DNA of 64,000 bases from Rhizodiscina lignyota (lineage: Eukaryota): NCBI GenBank assembly GCA_010015805.1, contig ML978128.1, forward strand, positions 1,674,001-1,738,000, written 5' to 3'. Both the position numbers and the translations under genes were made by a program. A model generated the notes under the pieces. The model was not told the DNA's origin. It saw nothing but the letters and a program-made list of their open reading frames with translations, and searched no databases. Position 1 is the stretch's first letter; each line of letters opens with the position of its first letter. Of this stretch, positions 49,449-61,208 are shown one piece after another.

Positions 49449-51083
49449 CTTTTTATTTGATTATCAAGGATTGAAGCTGTGAGATGATATAGAGGCTCCT
49501 CAATTCGCGAAAAATAATTTAAAATCAGCTCAATTGAGGGAGCACTGAGCTTATGTATTCTGCCTCAATGGCCATCGCGGGGGCGGGGCAGAGTCACTTT
49601 TCCGCTCCGACATTCTGTCGTCACCATTCCACAGGGAATATGCGGAAGCGTCAGCCGGATTTGGCATGAAGCTTCTCATTCTAACTGTTGAGTCCCGCTA
49701 TTCGAACGGCGGAATCGAAAAGAAGCGATGCAAAGGAAGAGCGTTTAGCGAATGGTGTCATATCAGGCTGAAGCATATTGCAAAGTTTCAGCAGGTTTGA
49801 TCTCGTGTGGGATCCATTCAAGTTGTCCGACTTACACGCTTTGCTCATTACTCTCGATGTGGATCTACTAAAGATGGGACAGAAGCATAAGTGAACTCTT
49901 CAAGTAGAATCTATTGCGTCAATGTTGCGACTTGCTGTGGGAAGAGGCAGTCGACAGGAGAAGAAGAGATCCTTAATAAAAGGAGTGGGCTTGTTAATGT
50001 CACGGAATCCACATATTCGCCAGAGTAAGATAAGAGCTACAGTGGGTCCGTCAGGAGAACAAACTCTTCACGAGGAGTCAGGACACGGAAAAGGAAGAGC
50101 GCGGCATTCATACCGACCTCTAATAAAGTAGCACAGTGTAAAGATGTGTGATCATAGTATATATTCACCGGCAAGGCCAAACATTAATTGAACATACAGC
50201 TCTGATCAAAAGATCACAAAGATGCCATTATGAGATACCCGGAAAGGCTCTCGATCTGTCATCGAATCACGGCGCACAGCATCCACGGAGTGCATACAGA
50301 GGACGGATGCATAGTCTGGCTCATTTGTTCTCGCCATAGCCAAGAATCTGATGAGCTTCTAACCCTTGCGACGATATGAGATGTCTTTTGCGAAATCTTG
50401 CCTCTTCTGCTATGCGAAATGGAATCCACTCCGCTCGTATCGTTTCTCTGAGAGCATCGACTATTCCCCGAGGTCGCCAAAGCTGCTGCAAAGCTGCTGC
50501 AGAGCGCCGTGTCTTCGTCGATTTCGAAATCCGACAGCTCACCACTTGTAGAGCGGAATCTCCCGATAAGGCGGATTTTGAATCAAGTGGTAAGATAGAT
50601 GAGGCCGCAATACCTGCCAGCCATATACGTGGCCGAAGTCGTTAGTATGCACGGGCAAGGGTAGAGGTGACCTTTGCCTTCCTCAGCTCTGTTGTTGTTG
50701 AACAGCGCAAGCAGAAGCAACTCCTCCACAAACTTGGTGAGATTGCATTCTCAACCACATATGTTAGACAGTGTGTATTTGAAGCATGGCACACAAACGA
50801 GTACATGGGATGGGAGAAATTGAAATCGATTCTATAATTCCAATACTGTCAGCAATGTATCTTGTCAAAATTTCCAACATTTCCCAAATATCATTCGGTT
50901 AACTTGACAATGCTCAATGAGCCTCCCCAGCAGCAATACGATTCTTGAGAATCCTTTTCCCAGTGTCATACAACGCCAGATTGAAAGAATATTTCCCGCC
51001 GAAGTTCAAAACGCCTTGTCGGCGCCGCAATGCATCCATCAATATCGTTTTCTGATTTTGCACTATCCATCAAGAGAAACGAA

Positions 51084-51447
51084 TCAGTGCACCTTTCCGT
51101 CATTCGCGTAGACAATCTGGTCCTCTTCGATGACAACATGGTAGTCATTCCCCCATGTCTGTACGGACTCTAGAATCTTCGCTGGCGCATCGGCGGCGAA
51201 CCCTTTGATCAGATCTGCACAATTGTCAGCATTGGAACCCATCTCGGCATGGAAGATAGGATAGCGTACTGTATTCATGTGTGATATAGCCACCAGCCTT
51301 CTTGATACCTTCCTTTGCCTGGTCGAGGATATGCTCCGGAGTGTCTTTGGGATACGTGATGAGGACAGACTTTTTGGGCGCCTTCGCAGCGGTCGCAAGG
51401 AGGGCGAAGAGGAGGACGAGGAAGAGCGATGTGAGTTGGAACTTCAT
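51084..51447 (-). CDS. Small secreted peptidase inhibitor I9 (subtilisin propeptide-like)
   Basis: Signal peptide MKFQLTSLFLVLLFALLATA; SVLITYPKDTP...AKEGIKKAGGYITHEY, one intron, then LIKGFAADAP...IEEDQIV. Confidence 0.88.
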
Positions 51448-52350
51448 GGTGGGCGATATTTGCGATCGTATGGGCTGTTTGTGAAATGGAGTTGGATTGC
51501 AAAGCGGAAAGTCAAATGGATGAGACGAGGTTGAGAGCCTGGAGTGCTCGATTAAATGTGAGGTCACTGGGGGCAGCCACTTGTAGCATCCCTTGCGCTC
51601 GGTTATCCGGACCACTAGAACAGATGTAGCCTAGCGCCTGCCGCGGGCCGTTATGGCTTGGCGGCTCCAACTTGCTGACTTCACGTTTGAAAAACGACTT
51701 GTCACTCGTGTTCCTACCTGCAATACAGTTCAACGAGCCCACGGCAACACAGCTGTGGCTTCCAAAGAGCTCTCCGCCTCTTTCTTTCGACTTTCACTCC
51801 TCTCTCGCACTAACTCAGCCGAGCTACAGCCACACCAGCCGCCCGCCGTTGCACACGGTCGCAGCACGCTTTCGCCTTTTCTGTGTTCGGAAGTCATCAG
51901 AAATACATCTACAGTGAGGTTGGAGATTAGACAGGAGCCATTTAAGAGCTTGGAATAAACGGTGTTGCATCAGAGTACAATAAAGTTTATCGGGGTGGGG
52001 CAGCTTGCGCGTGAAGGGAGCAGAGGAGGCTGGTGAGCCGACAATAGCAAGAAGGGGACAATAGAACAAAGTTGTTCAAGGCGGGCTTGAGTGGTCCTCT
52101 AGCTAGCATCATCCACATCGCTTTTGCATCCTCTTCTCTTTCTGAGAGGCAACCCACTGTCTTCCGGAGTTTTTGGCGTCCCAGGAGCGACTTTGCTACC
52201 AGCGGCTTCGCCCTTTTGCCGCCGCATCACAGAAGACTGGTTCTCTCTGTGCCTTGAGCTCCTTTAGACAGATATTTGCTGCTACTCTTGCATTTGAGAC
52301 CATCGAATCTTGCCACAAGAATCTGAGCTGTCAAAAGCACCCGTCCAATC

Positions 52351-54449
52351 ATGTCTTACAGCGCCCTGCCCTCAGCTGAAGTGGCGCAAGACTTTCGCGA
52401 AGCTCTCGAAGATCTGAAGATTAACAGTCGACCTGAGATTAGCAACTTGACAGTCATCGCGAAAGAGAACACTGAATATGCGCAAGCCATCTCGAGGGAA
52501 TTGGAGGATCACATCCGCAAGGTAGGATACAATGCCAAGACTTTCCTGTTCAGGAGGTTGGGTGGTTGGGGATGGAGATAGTGAAAATCCACAACATCAA
52601 AATTCAACCAGCGAAAATGTATCAGTGACTAACATTTCTGTAGACACGTCCAGAATTCAAATTACCTGCGCTTTACGTGCTTGATTCGATCGTCAAGAAT
52701 GTCGGCACTCCCTATACGGTCTATCTAGGCCGCAATCTCTACAGCACTTTCATGGGTGCATACACTCTGGTCGATCCAAACGTTCGAAAAGCCATGGAGG
52801 CCCTTTTGAAGACATGGAAGCAGCCAGTGCCAGAGTCTTTGGACACTCGACCGGTCTTTCCTTCCGATGTCACGAGGGACATCGAGAATGCTCTCATCAA
52901 GGCCCGCACCGTTATGCTTCAGCATCAGCAACAGCAAGCACGTCCTCAGTACCAGGCCCAGCCACCACGACAAGCACAAGCTGCGCCCTTCAGAAATACT
53001 CCAACTCCGCCTCACACAGGATATCAAGTGCCGCCTAACACTGCACCGCCATTCCATCCTTCCCTGACACATCCTCCAAACGTTCCATCACCGCTTCGAC
53101 AGTATGCTACTACTGTGCCAGTTCCAAACGCAGGATATGGTCAACCGGCGGCGCAATTCCAGTCGCCTGGTGCTCGGCTTCCAGATATTGGAAAGCTCCA
53201 AGAGGAAGTCAAGAAACTGGTTCTCTTGGCTGCGACAGAGGTGTACAAGACTCCCGGGAACGCTCAGACAACATCACTCCTGAAGACCTTGGGAGATCTC
53301 CAGAAAGTGCTGGATGCGGGAAACCTTCCCCCAGCAGCCCTGCAAGCTATTGCGGCGCAAGTTGCACGCATAGGAGAGTCATTCAAGCCGCCACCTCCCG
53401 TGGTACCGACACCACCAGCACCAGCTCCCGTATCTCTTCCTCCGCAACAACCTCCGTTGCCTCCTCAAGCCGTTTCGCTGGCAACGCTTTTCAAGTCTGT
53501 CACACCGTCTACCGGCACTCCGACTCTGCCGGCTCAACCTCCACCTCCAATCAACGCAGCTACGGCCACACCACCCCCGGCTCTATCCAACGCTGACCTT
53601 TCGCAACTCCTTAAGGCATTCGCGCCCGGACCGACGCCACCTCCACAACCAGTTCTGCCCCCATCAGTGCCTCCAGTCGCAGCACCCCCACAAGTTGACC
53701 TCTTCGCCTCCCTCCGTGCCGTTGGCCTCCTCTCCGGCGCTCCAGCAACTGGCACGCCCGACCAGCGAATCAGATCTCCCCCGATAGGCTCAATCATCCC
53801 GCCCGCACTCGCCTCCCTAGTCGGTCCTCCATTGAAATTGGAGACCGCCTCCCTCAAGATCCCCCGTCCGCACCTACTCAGCAAACTCTACGAGGCTCGC
53901 CCGGATCAGTGTCGCCAATGTGGTCGCCGCTTCCCTGCCACGGAAGAAGGCAAGCGCAAGAAGGCTGCGCACATGGACTGGCATTTCGCCGTCAACACGC
54001 GCGTCGCTGAGAGCGCGAAAGCCGTGGTGAATCGCAGTTGGTACATCGGCGAAAGGGAATGGATTGCATACCGCGAAGTGACATCCGATAACATGAACGA
54101 CAGCACGAACTCAGAAGACGGTACGGGCTCAGCGAACGGCACGCCTAGCAAGGCGAAGAAGGCCAAGAAGGAGTCAGTCGTCCCGGTGCCAACGGACGTG
54201 AGTCAGCAGAATGCGCACTGTCCGATCTGCCAGGAGAAGTTTGACGTCAGCTGGCATGAGGAGATGCAGATGCCGGTGTGGACGAATGCGATGAAGGTTG
54301 GTGGACGGGTGTACCACAAGACGTGCTATGAGGAGGTTGTTGGTGCTGGCGCGATGGGTGGTGCGGCGAAGGCGGGAAGTGCGAGGAACACACCGACGCC
54401 GGAGAGCGTGCTGGGCAAGAGGAAGTTTGATGGTGGTGTGGAGGTTTAG
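52351..54449 (+). CDS. PCF11: mRNA cleavage/polyadenylation factor Pcf11
   Basis: CID domain DFREALEDLKINSRPEISNLTVIAKEN...KLPALYVLDSIVKNVG; zinc fingers QCRQCGRRF...HMDWHF and CPICQEKF...YHKTC; SRSW-like NRSWY; intron 52522-52643. Confidence 0.95.
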
Positions 54450-54599
54450 AGTTCTAGACTTGACTTGCAGGCTTGCATTATGAGTTTGAGATGAATGCAG
54501 AGTTGGAGCACACTAGCGATTGAGTCCAATAGCACCCATCATGTTTACGGTAGAAAAATTGACGATGTTCTACCATGGATTTACGAGTCTTCTGATCTT

Positions 54600-55150
54600 A
54601 GTGTGCCAACTGCTTATGGACCGAGCACCGAATAGGTACTTGCCGTAGGGTCCTAGCTCAGCACTCCCATGAAACTCTATGGAATTGTAGTGAGCGGTAT
54701 CCAGGGTTAGCAACCGACCAGCATAGTATATGATGGAATTAGTTTCTCGTGAGCGTATGAGGCGTCTCTTTTCCACCACAGCAAGAAGCAAATCTTCTAA
54801 GAATCTCGAATATAAATTCACTACTTTGCGGAAGCTTTTTGGAAGTGCTGAAACCAACTGCGATAGAATAGCTCTGCAGACTGTTCTCTTGCTGGAACTA
54901 GCTCTTTCGTAGAGAGCTACATGTTGTTTGTAAATATGAAAGCATGCTCGAGGGTGATAAAATAGTTGGCGGTCGAGTAGGGAAGCTAGGCTATCTTCAT
55001 AAGCTTAGTCCTACGTTCTTTAGGATGTATAAGACAGCATACCCTTACAAACCTCGTACGCTAGTATTAGTTATAAAGGCTATACGTTATTATCTTGAAA
55101 CTGCTCCCAACTTTCTTGTCGTCCTCGTTGGTCTGCTAGCGTATGGCATA
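54600..55150 (+). repeat. Degenerate dispersed repeat / coding relic, copy B
   Basis: Homologous to 14990-15400 (LVSRERMR...KLFGSAETNCDRIALQTVLLLELALS vs LVSRERMR...KLLRSVEGDCSRVAL*IVRSLELVLS*). Confidence 0.65.
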
Positions 55151-55489
55151 TGAACGCGAATTTCACGATAGATAAATGGGAGGGGGTTAGGTCCACTGCT
55201 TTTTCAGAAGCAATTTGAACCGCACATAGGAGATGGCAGAAATTTGAAGCATTTGAAGACGAGTGCCACGCCATGTATTGTACAATTAAGCGTATTCACA
55301 TGGCCTCGTGAGAGGGAACATGAAGAAATTCGAGCTTTTACCCCTGAGCATAGCCAAGACGTCTGGATATCAACGACACTATGCTCCAAATCGAGTCGTT
55401 CTCGTCCAGGCCTCGTAACAGAACCTCGAGGACGTCCATTTTCGCAAGCACCATATATTCATCAAATCGCGCTAGACAATGCTCTCCCC

Positions 55490-56485
<996 letters not shown>

Positions 56486-57005
56486 TTATGTCACCACCGC
56501 TGCCTGCGAGGAATTGCAATTGCTCGAGTGAACGCGGTCTGAGGAGAGGAAGAGGCAGAGGGAAGTTGTTGAGAGCGGGAAGAAGGAATTGAGGCTCTGC
56601 GTGTGGCGGAATTGTCAGGTGAAGGTGGTTGGTGTACTCTGGCGGGTTGAGGTCAGAGGTCGAAAGGAAGCAGCGCACGGACGGGAGCTTCGAGCTCTTC
56701 CGAGCTTCCCAATTTTTGCTGCGAGCGCACTCGGCCGAGGTCTAGCCGGATGCGAGGCTCAAACTTCACCGCATATTGTCCTTTCGTCCATGCCCAGAAC
56801 ACCAAGCGTCTTGAAGACTTTTGTTCAGCTATATCCTCTACTTCAGCCTCTAGGATACCCATTCTTTGGCCAAGACACTCCGCAAAAACTAGTTGAGAGC
56901 GCCTCGCTACGCCGATGCACCCTCTCCCGCGTATTCATTTCCGGATTAAGCCCGATGACTTCACGATATTCTTCCATTGAAGCTATGAGGCCATATACAT
57001 AGCAT

Positions 57006-58161
57006 CTAGCTCTCGTTCATATACTTCGTCGCCAACGTGCCAATATGCGGTAGGATCTCGGCCTCAAAGACATCTCCATCCCGCATGAATTCTTGGGGCC
57101 GTCGACCAACTCCCACGCCAGCCGGAGTACCTGTAATGATGACCGTCCCCGGCGGCAGTGTCGTACCTTGACTGACGAAAGATACAATCTTCTCCATGGG
57201 AAAGATGCAGTCGTCTACACCACAGTCTTGCATCACCCTGCCGTTCTTTAATCCTCTGACGTGCAGCTTCCTGGGATCTGGAATTGACGGGGCGAGCACC
57301 AGGCACGGACCGATGGGACAGGACGCATCGAAGCCCTTCGAGAAGCACCATTGTGATTGCGTGAACTGCGATGCTCGGCTGGAGACATCGTTAGACGCCG
57401 TGTATCCCAAGACGTAGTCCAAGGCCTCGCTTTCTGATACATCTTTGCACAACTTGCCGCCTGGACCCAAACCGATGACTACGGCAAGCTCAGCTTCGTA
57501 GTCTGCGCAGTCGGACGCGATGGTCCACTTCGGGATAATAGTAGGTGCTGGAAACGGATCTGCTAGAGCTGTGGCCGGCTTCCTGGCTCTCTCTTCAGCA
57601 GTGGACGAGAATATAAGGAAACTAGCTTACAGGAATATCGTTGGTTCGCTAGGTATCTGCATCTTGACCTCCTCGTCATGTTGCTTGTACTGTATCGCCA
57701 TGTTGTGGACTTCTTCAACATGTTGCATGTACTGGTTGCAAATAGTTTAGGATCACTGATATCTTGGACGGAGTTGTGTGGAAACTGTCTCCCTTCCATT
57801 TCTTGATCTGGAGTGGAAATTGCAGATGGCCCTAGGCTGGAATGGGACTCACATTCAATCCAACACACCTAATTGTTCCAACTTCCTGTTGTGACAATGG
57901 AGCTAGTAATGTGCCAATGGTTTCAACTCTGTCAGTTGCTGCTCCAGGATCGAGTACCGAACTGCCTGAGAAAACTCGCACTTTGACATCTTCACCCTGC
58001 ATCGTGGCTTTACCAACATCAATCTCTTGGTCAATTGGTTGACCTAACATCGGCCCGCCGCCGGGCTTTCCAGACTTTGGGATGAAACGAACGAATCCTA
58101 TTGAAGGTAAGCTTATGGTCACTGATCGAGAAAGACGTGGGAGAGTACTTTGGATTGCCAT
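57006..58161 (-). CDS. Fumarylacetoacetate hydrolase (FAH) superfamily protein
   Basis: IRCVGLNY, PTIF.KP, DYEAELAVVIG, GYTASNDVSSR, SKGFDASCPIGP, GTVIITGTPAGVG; introns ~58098-58148, 57732-57852, 57583-57630. Confidence 0.93.
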
Positions 58162-59393
58162 TATGAAGTTGGTATTTTGACTACTAGATTAAGGATGTTA
58201 CCAAAATGATAGGCAAAAGTAACTACATACAGAGTAAGAACCATTACATAAAGGACGTATCAAGGTATCATTAAGCACCTTCCCCGCAGGGAAAGCCGCA
58301 GATGGATGCCGAATATAGCATCTCTACAACCATGCTCGCTGGAGTTCGTTCCGACATCGCAGCATGCGATAGCAATCTGAAATTGCTTCATGTGTTTCAT
58401 ATTTCGTGGAGGAGGATAGGATAACTTTGTAGAGCTCGACGAATGTGTCAAAGGGGGAATAAAGTAGCGCTAAAAAGCTCGTAAGGCTGCTGGGCGGCTG
58501 AGCATTGGTCAGGAGAGCAATGCTTTCGACCGTGGAAGGCTGTTGTAATAATGTCGAGACGGTTCTCACCGGATACGAACCAAATTTCTAACGAGTCAAC
58601 TCTCAATTCAGGTGTAGAGGCGGGATCGAGGAGTCTTTTTATCACAATTGAAGGCTTAATTCAGATTCCATACGAGCGGAAGATACAGTTCCTCGGTTGC
58701 AGAGGAATTATCTTTGAAAGAGATTAACCTCCACTCTCGAACGGAAGTGTGCATTTCCAAGTTCAGCTGCCGAGCACCGAACATAAAAGGGCTCGAGCAG
58801 TTACCAATGGACATTATAACTACCGCCTCACGGAGTATGCATGCTCTCCCGGGCCTCAGGTTTCATTTCGCCCTCCACGCTTCTGAAGCATATCCTCGAG
58901 TCTTCATCCCACGTTGGTGAACAGTGACGATATTCATTATCTGAGACCAAGCCTGAGATGAGCTCCAGCCTCAAGCCGACAGCCAACTCCACATATCGAT
59001 TTTGACCGAGCTGGTGAGGTCGCGAGTCAGGCCGGCGCACTGCCTCACCCGCCATTTATTGTAGTGGCGCCTTGAACCCCCACTGAGCCCACTCAGGAGT
59101 CGCGCAAACGGCATCATTCCTTGGGGATGCCTCGCGCTACCAAGGCGAAGGCGCAAGACATCATTGTGTGACCACACCAGGCGTTCTTGAAACGGTCCAT
59201 AGTTGGGGCTCAAGAAGCCAATGACACGATCGAAAGCTGAACAGCCTCAAGGCTGTCTTTCTAGAAAAGACAAGGAAGTATTCTTCTGCTCACTTTTACC
59301 ACCCCAAAGCCATCATTCCACACCTACTCTCGCTTACGCGTTCATTCTGATTTTCTCACTGTCGTTTGCCATTATCACATCTGTTATATGGAG

Positions 59394-61208
59394 ATGACAT
59401 CACAAGTCACCTCATCCAACTCACCTGCCGAGCTCTGGGCATTTCTCACCAAACCTCAATACCCCTCTAAACAGCGAGTAGTTACCTCGAAACGGCCAAT
59501 CATTTCTAGACCGAGACCAATAACCAGAAAAGAGCCGGCACAGCGGTCCGAGGTGAACCTCTTATTGCTCGGCCAGTTCAACTTCGAATGGGATTCTACC
59601 GTATCAGAGCAGCTGGACGTGCGGAAAGATGAACGCTCCAGCAGGCATTCGCAGGAAGCAGACCGAGATTCGAGATCACACCACTGCCAGCTGAACCGGG
59701 CACGGAACGTCCAGCACGGTAGACATGCACACCGTCCATCAACATCCTCAGCAGCATCAGCATCAGCAGGACCAGTGCGTCCTCGCTCCCCCAAGGTCAC
59801 ACACATTCAACAAACTGACGATACCATCGGAAGGGCAGTAACAACAGAGTCTGGTGCATGGCAAATACCGCCTAGAACAACCCCAGGATCGTGGCCGCAG
59901 GAGATCGAAGAGGAGGGGGCAACGTTCATTCTCCAAGTGCCCGAGAGTTCATCCTCTTCAGCACATCAAACAGCGCGGAATAACTGGAAAGTGAAGGTCC
60001 ATGCTTTGCCGCCTCTGAAGGTGCCACAGGACCACAGTGATGGAGGTAACTCTTTCTTGGAATCACCTTCACCAACCGGCAGCGTTTCACCACTTTCAGA
60101 CTCCGGCGAGAGCTACTCAAGTGCTTTGGAGTCTCTCATCGACGAGTATGCCGATGAGTATGCTGCCTCGACTGAAGCCGTTGTGGGCATGAATGGCAAG
60201 CAAAAGGGCAGATTCCTCACGGCACTGCGTCCATCACGTTCCTCGGCCGACTTGAAGCATCAATCTAGCGCTCTCTTCGATCGCGTGAAGGGTGTCCTGA
60301 AGGGCAAGAAAGAGATCCCGGCACACGAAACGACAGCTCACAAATGGAGTCTGAACCTTAAACTTCCCATCAGCGTATCGACACAGAATCTGGTGCCACC
60401 ACCCCTAGCTCCATCAAAGGCTCCAGAAAAGCCACTGCCTCCTACTCCTCTTCCGCCAGCTACAGCGCCCCCCACCCGTCCACTACCGCCAGTTCCAACA
60501 CCAAACGGTCCGACAACATGTACAGCCTGTATGACCGAGCTCCCTCGCACATCCTTCCCCACACTCACGACGCCATCGTGCCGACACCCAAGCACAACCT
60601 GCAAAGACTGCCTCTCCTCCTGGATCTCCGCCTCCCTCGACACCACGCCACCCGACCAACTCACCTGTCCATATCCATCCTGCGGCTCCTCCCTCAGCGA
60701 GAACGAGGTCCGCATCTACGCCGACGAGGAAGTCTACGCCCGTTACGACACCCTCATCACGACAAGCCTCCTCAGCGCCATGCCCGGATTCCGATGGTGC
60801 ATCAAACCCGGCTGCAGATCGGGCCAGATCCACCCCTCCTCCTCAGGCCCGATATTCAAATGCCACTCGTGCGGCTTCAAATCCTGCACCACGCACAACG
60901 TCAAGTGGCACAAGGGCGAGACGTGCGAGGAGTACACGTACCGGAAGGACCCGTCCCAGCGCAGGGCGGAGGAGGAAGCAAGTGAACGGATGCTGGAGAG
61001 CACAACGAAGGCGTGTCCCGGGCGGAATGGAAGACCGTGCGGGTGGCGGATCGAGAAGAATGACGGCTGCGATCATATGACGTGTCGCAAGTGCAAGGCG
61101 GAGTTTTGCTGGCTGTGCTTTGCGGATTACGATCCGATTCGAAGGAAGGGGAATTCAGAGCACAGGCCAAATTGTAGGTATCATAGTAAGAATTTGAGGG
61201 CACGATGA
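59394..61208 (+). CDS. RBR (RING1-IBR-RING2) E3 ubiquitin ligase
   Basis: CTAC...CRH..TCKDC...CPYPSC (RING1); WCIKPGC...CHSC...CTTH...WHKGETC (IBR); KACP...C...IEKNDGCDHMTCRKCKAEFCWLC (RING2 with catalytic Cys); disordered Pro/Ser-rich N-half. Confidence 0.92.
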   Translation: MTSQVTSSNSPAELWAFLTKPQYPSKQRVVTSKRPIISRPRPITRKEPAQRSEVNLLLLGQFNFEWDSTVSEQLDVRKDERSSRHSQEADRDSRSHHCQLNRARNVQHGRHAHRPSTSSAASASAGPVRPRSPKVTHIQQTDDTIGRAVTTESGAWQIPPRTTPGSWPQEIEEEGATFILQVPESSSSSAHQTARNNWKVKVHALPPLKVPQDHSDGGNSFLESPSPTGSVSPLSDSGESYSSALESLIDEYADEYAASTEAVVGMNGKQKGRFLTALRPSRSSADLKHQSSALFDRVKGVLKGKKEIPAHETTAHKWSLNLKLPISVSTQNLVPPPLAPSKAPEKPLPPTPLPPATAPPTRPLPPVPTPNGPTTCTACMTELPRTSFPTLTTPSCRHPSTTCKDCLSSWISASLDTTPPDQLTCPYPSCGSSLSENEVRIYADEEVYARYDTLITTSLLSAMPGFRWCIKPGCRSGQIHPSSSGPIFKCHSCGFKSCTTHNVKWHKGETCEEYTYRKDPSQRRAEEEASERMLESTTKACPGRNGRPCGWRIEKNDGCDHMTCRKCKAEFCWLCFADYDPIRRKGNSEHRPNCRYHSKNLRAR

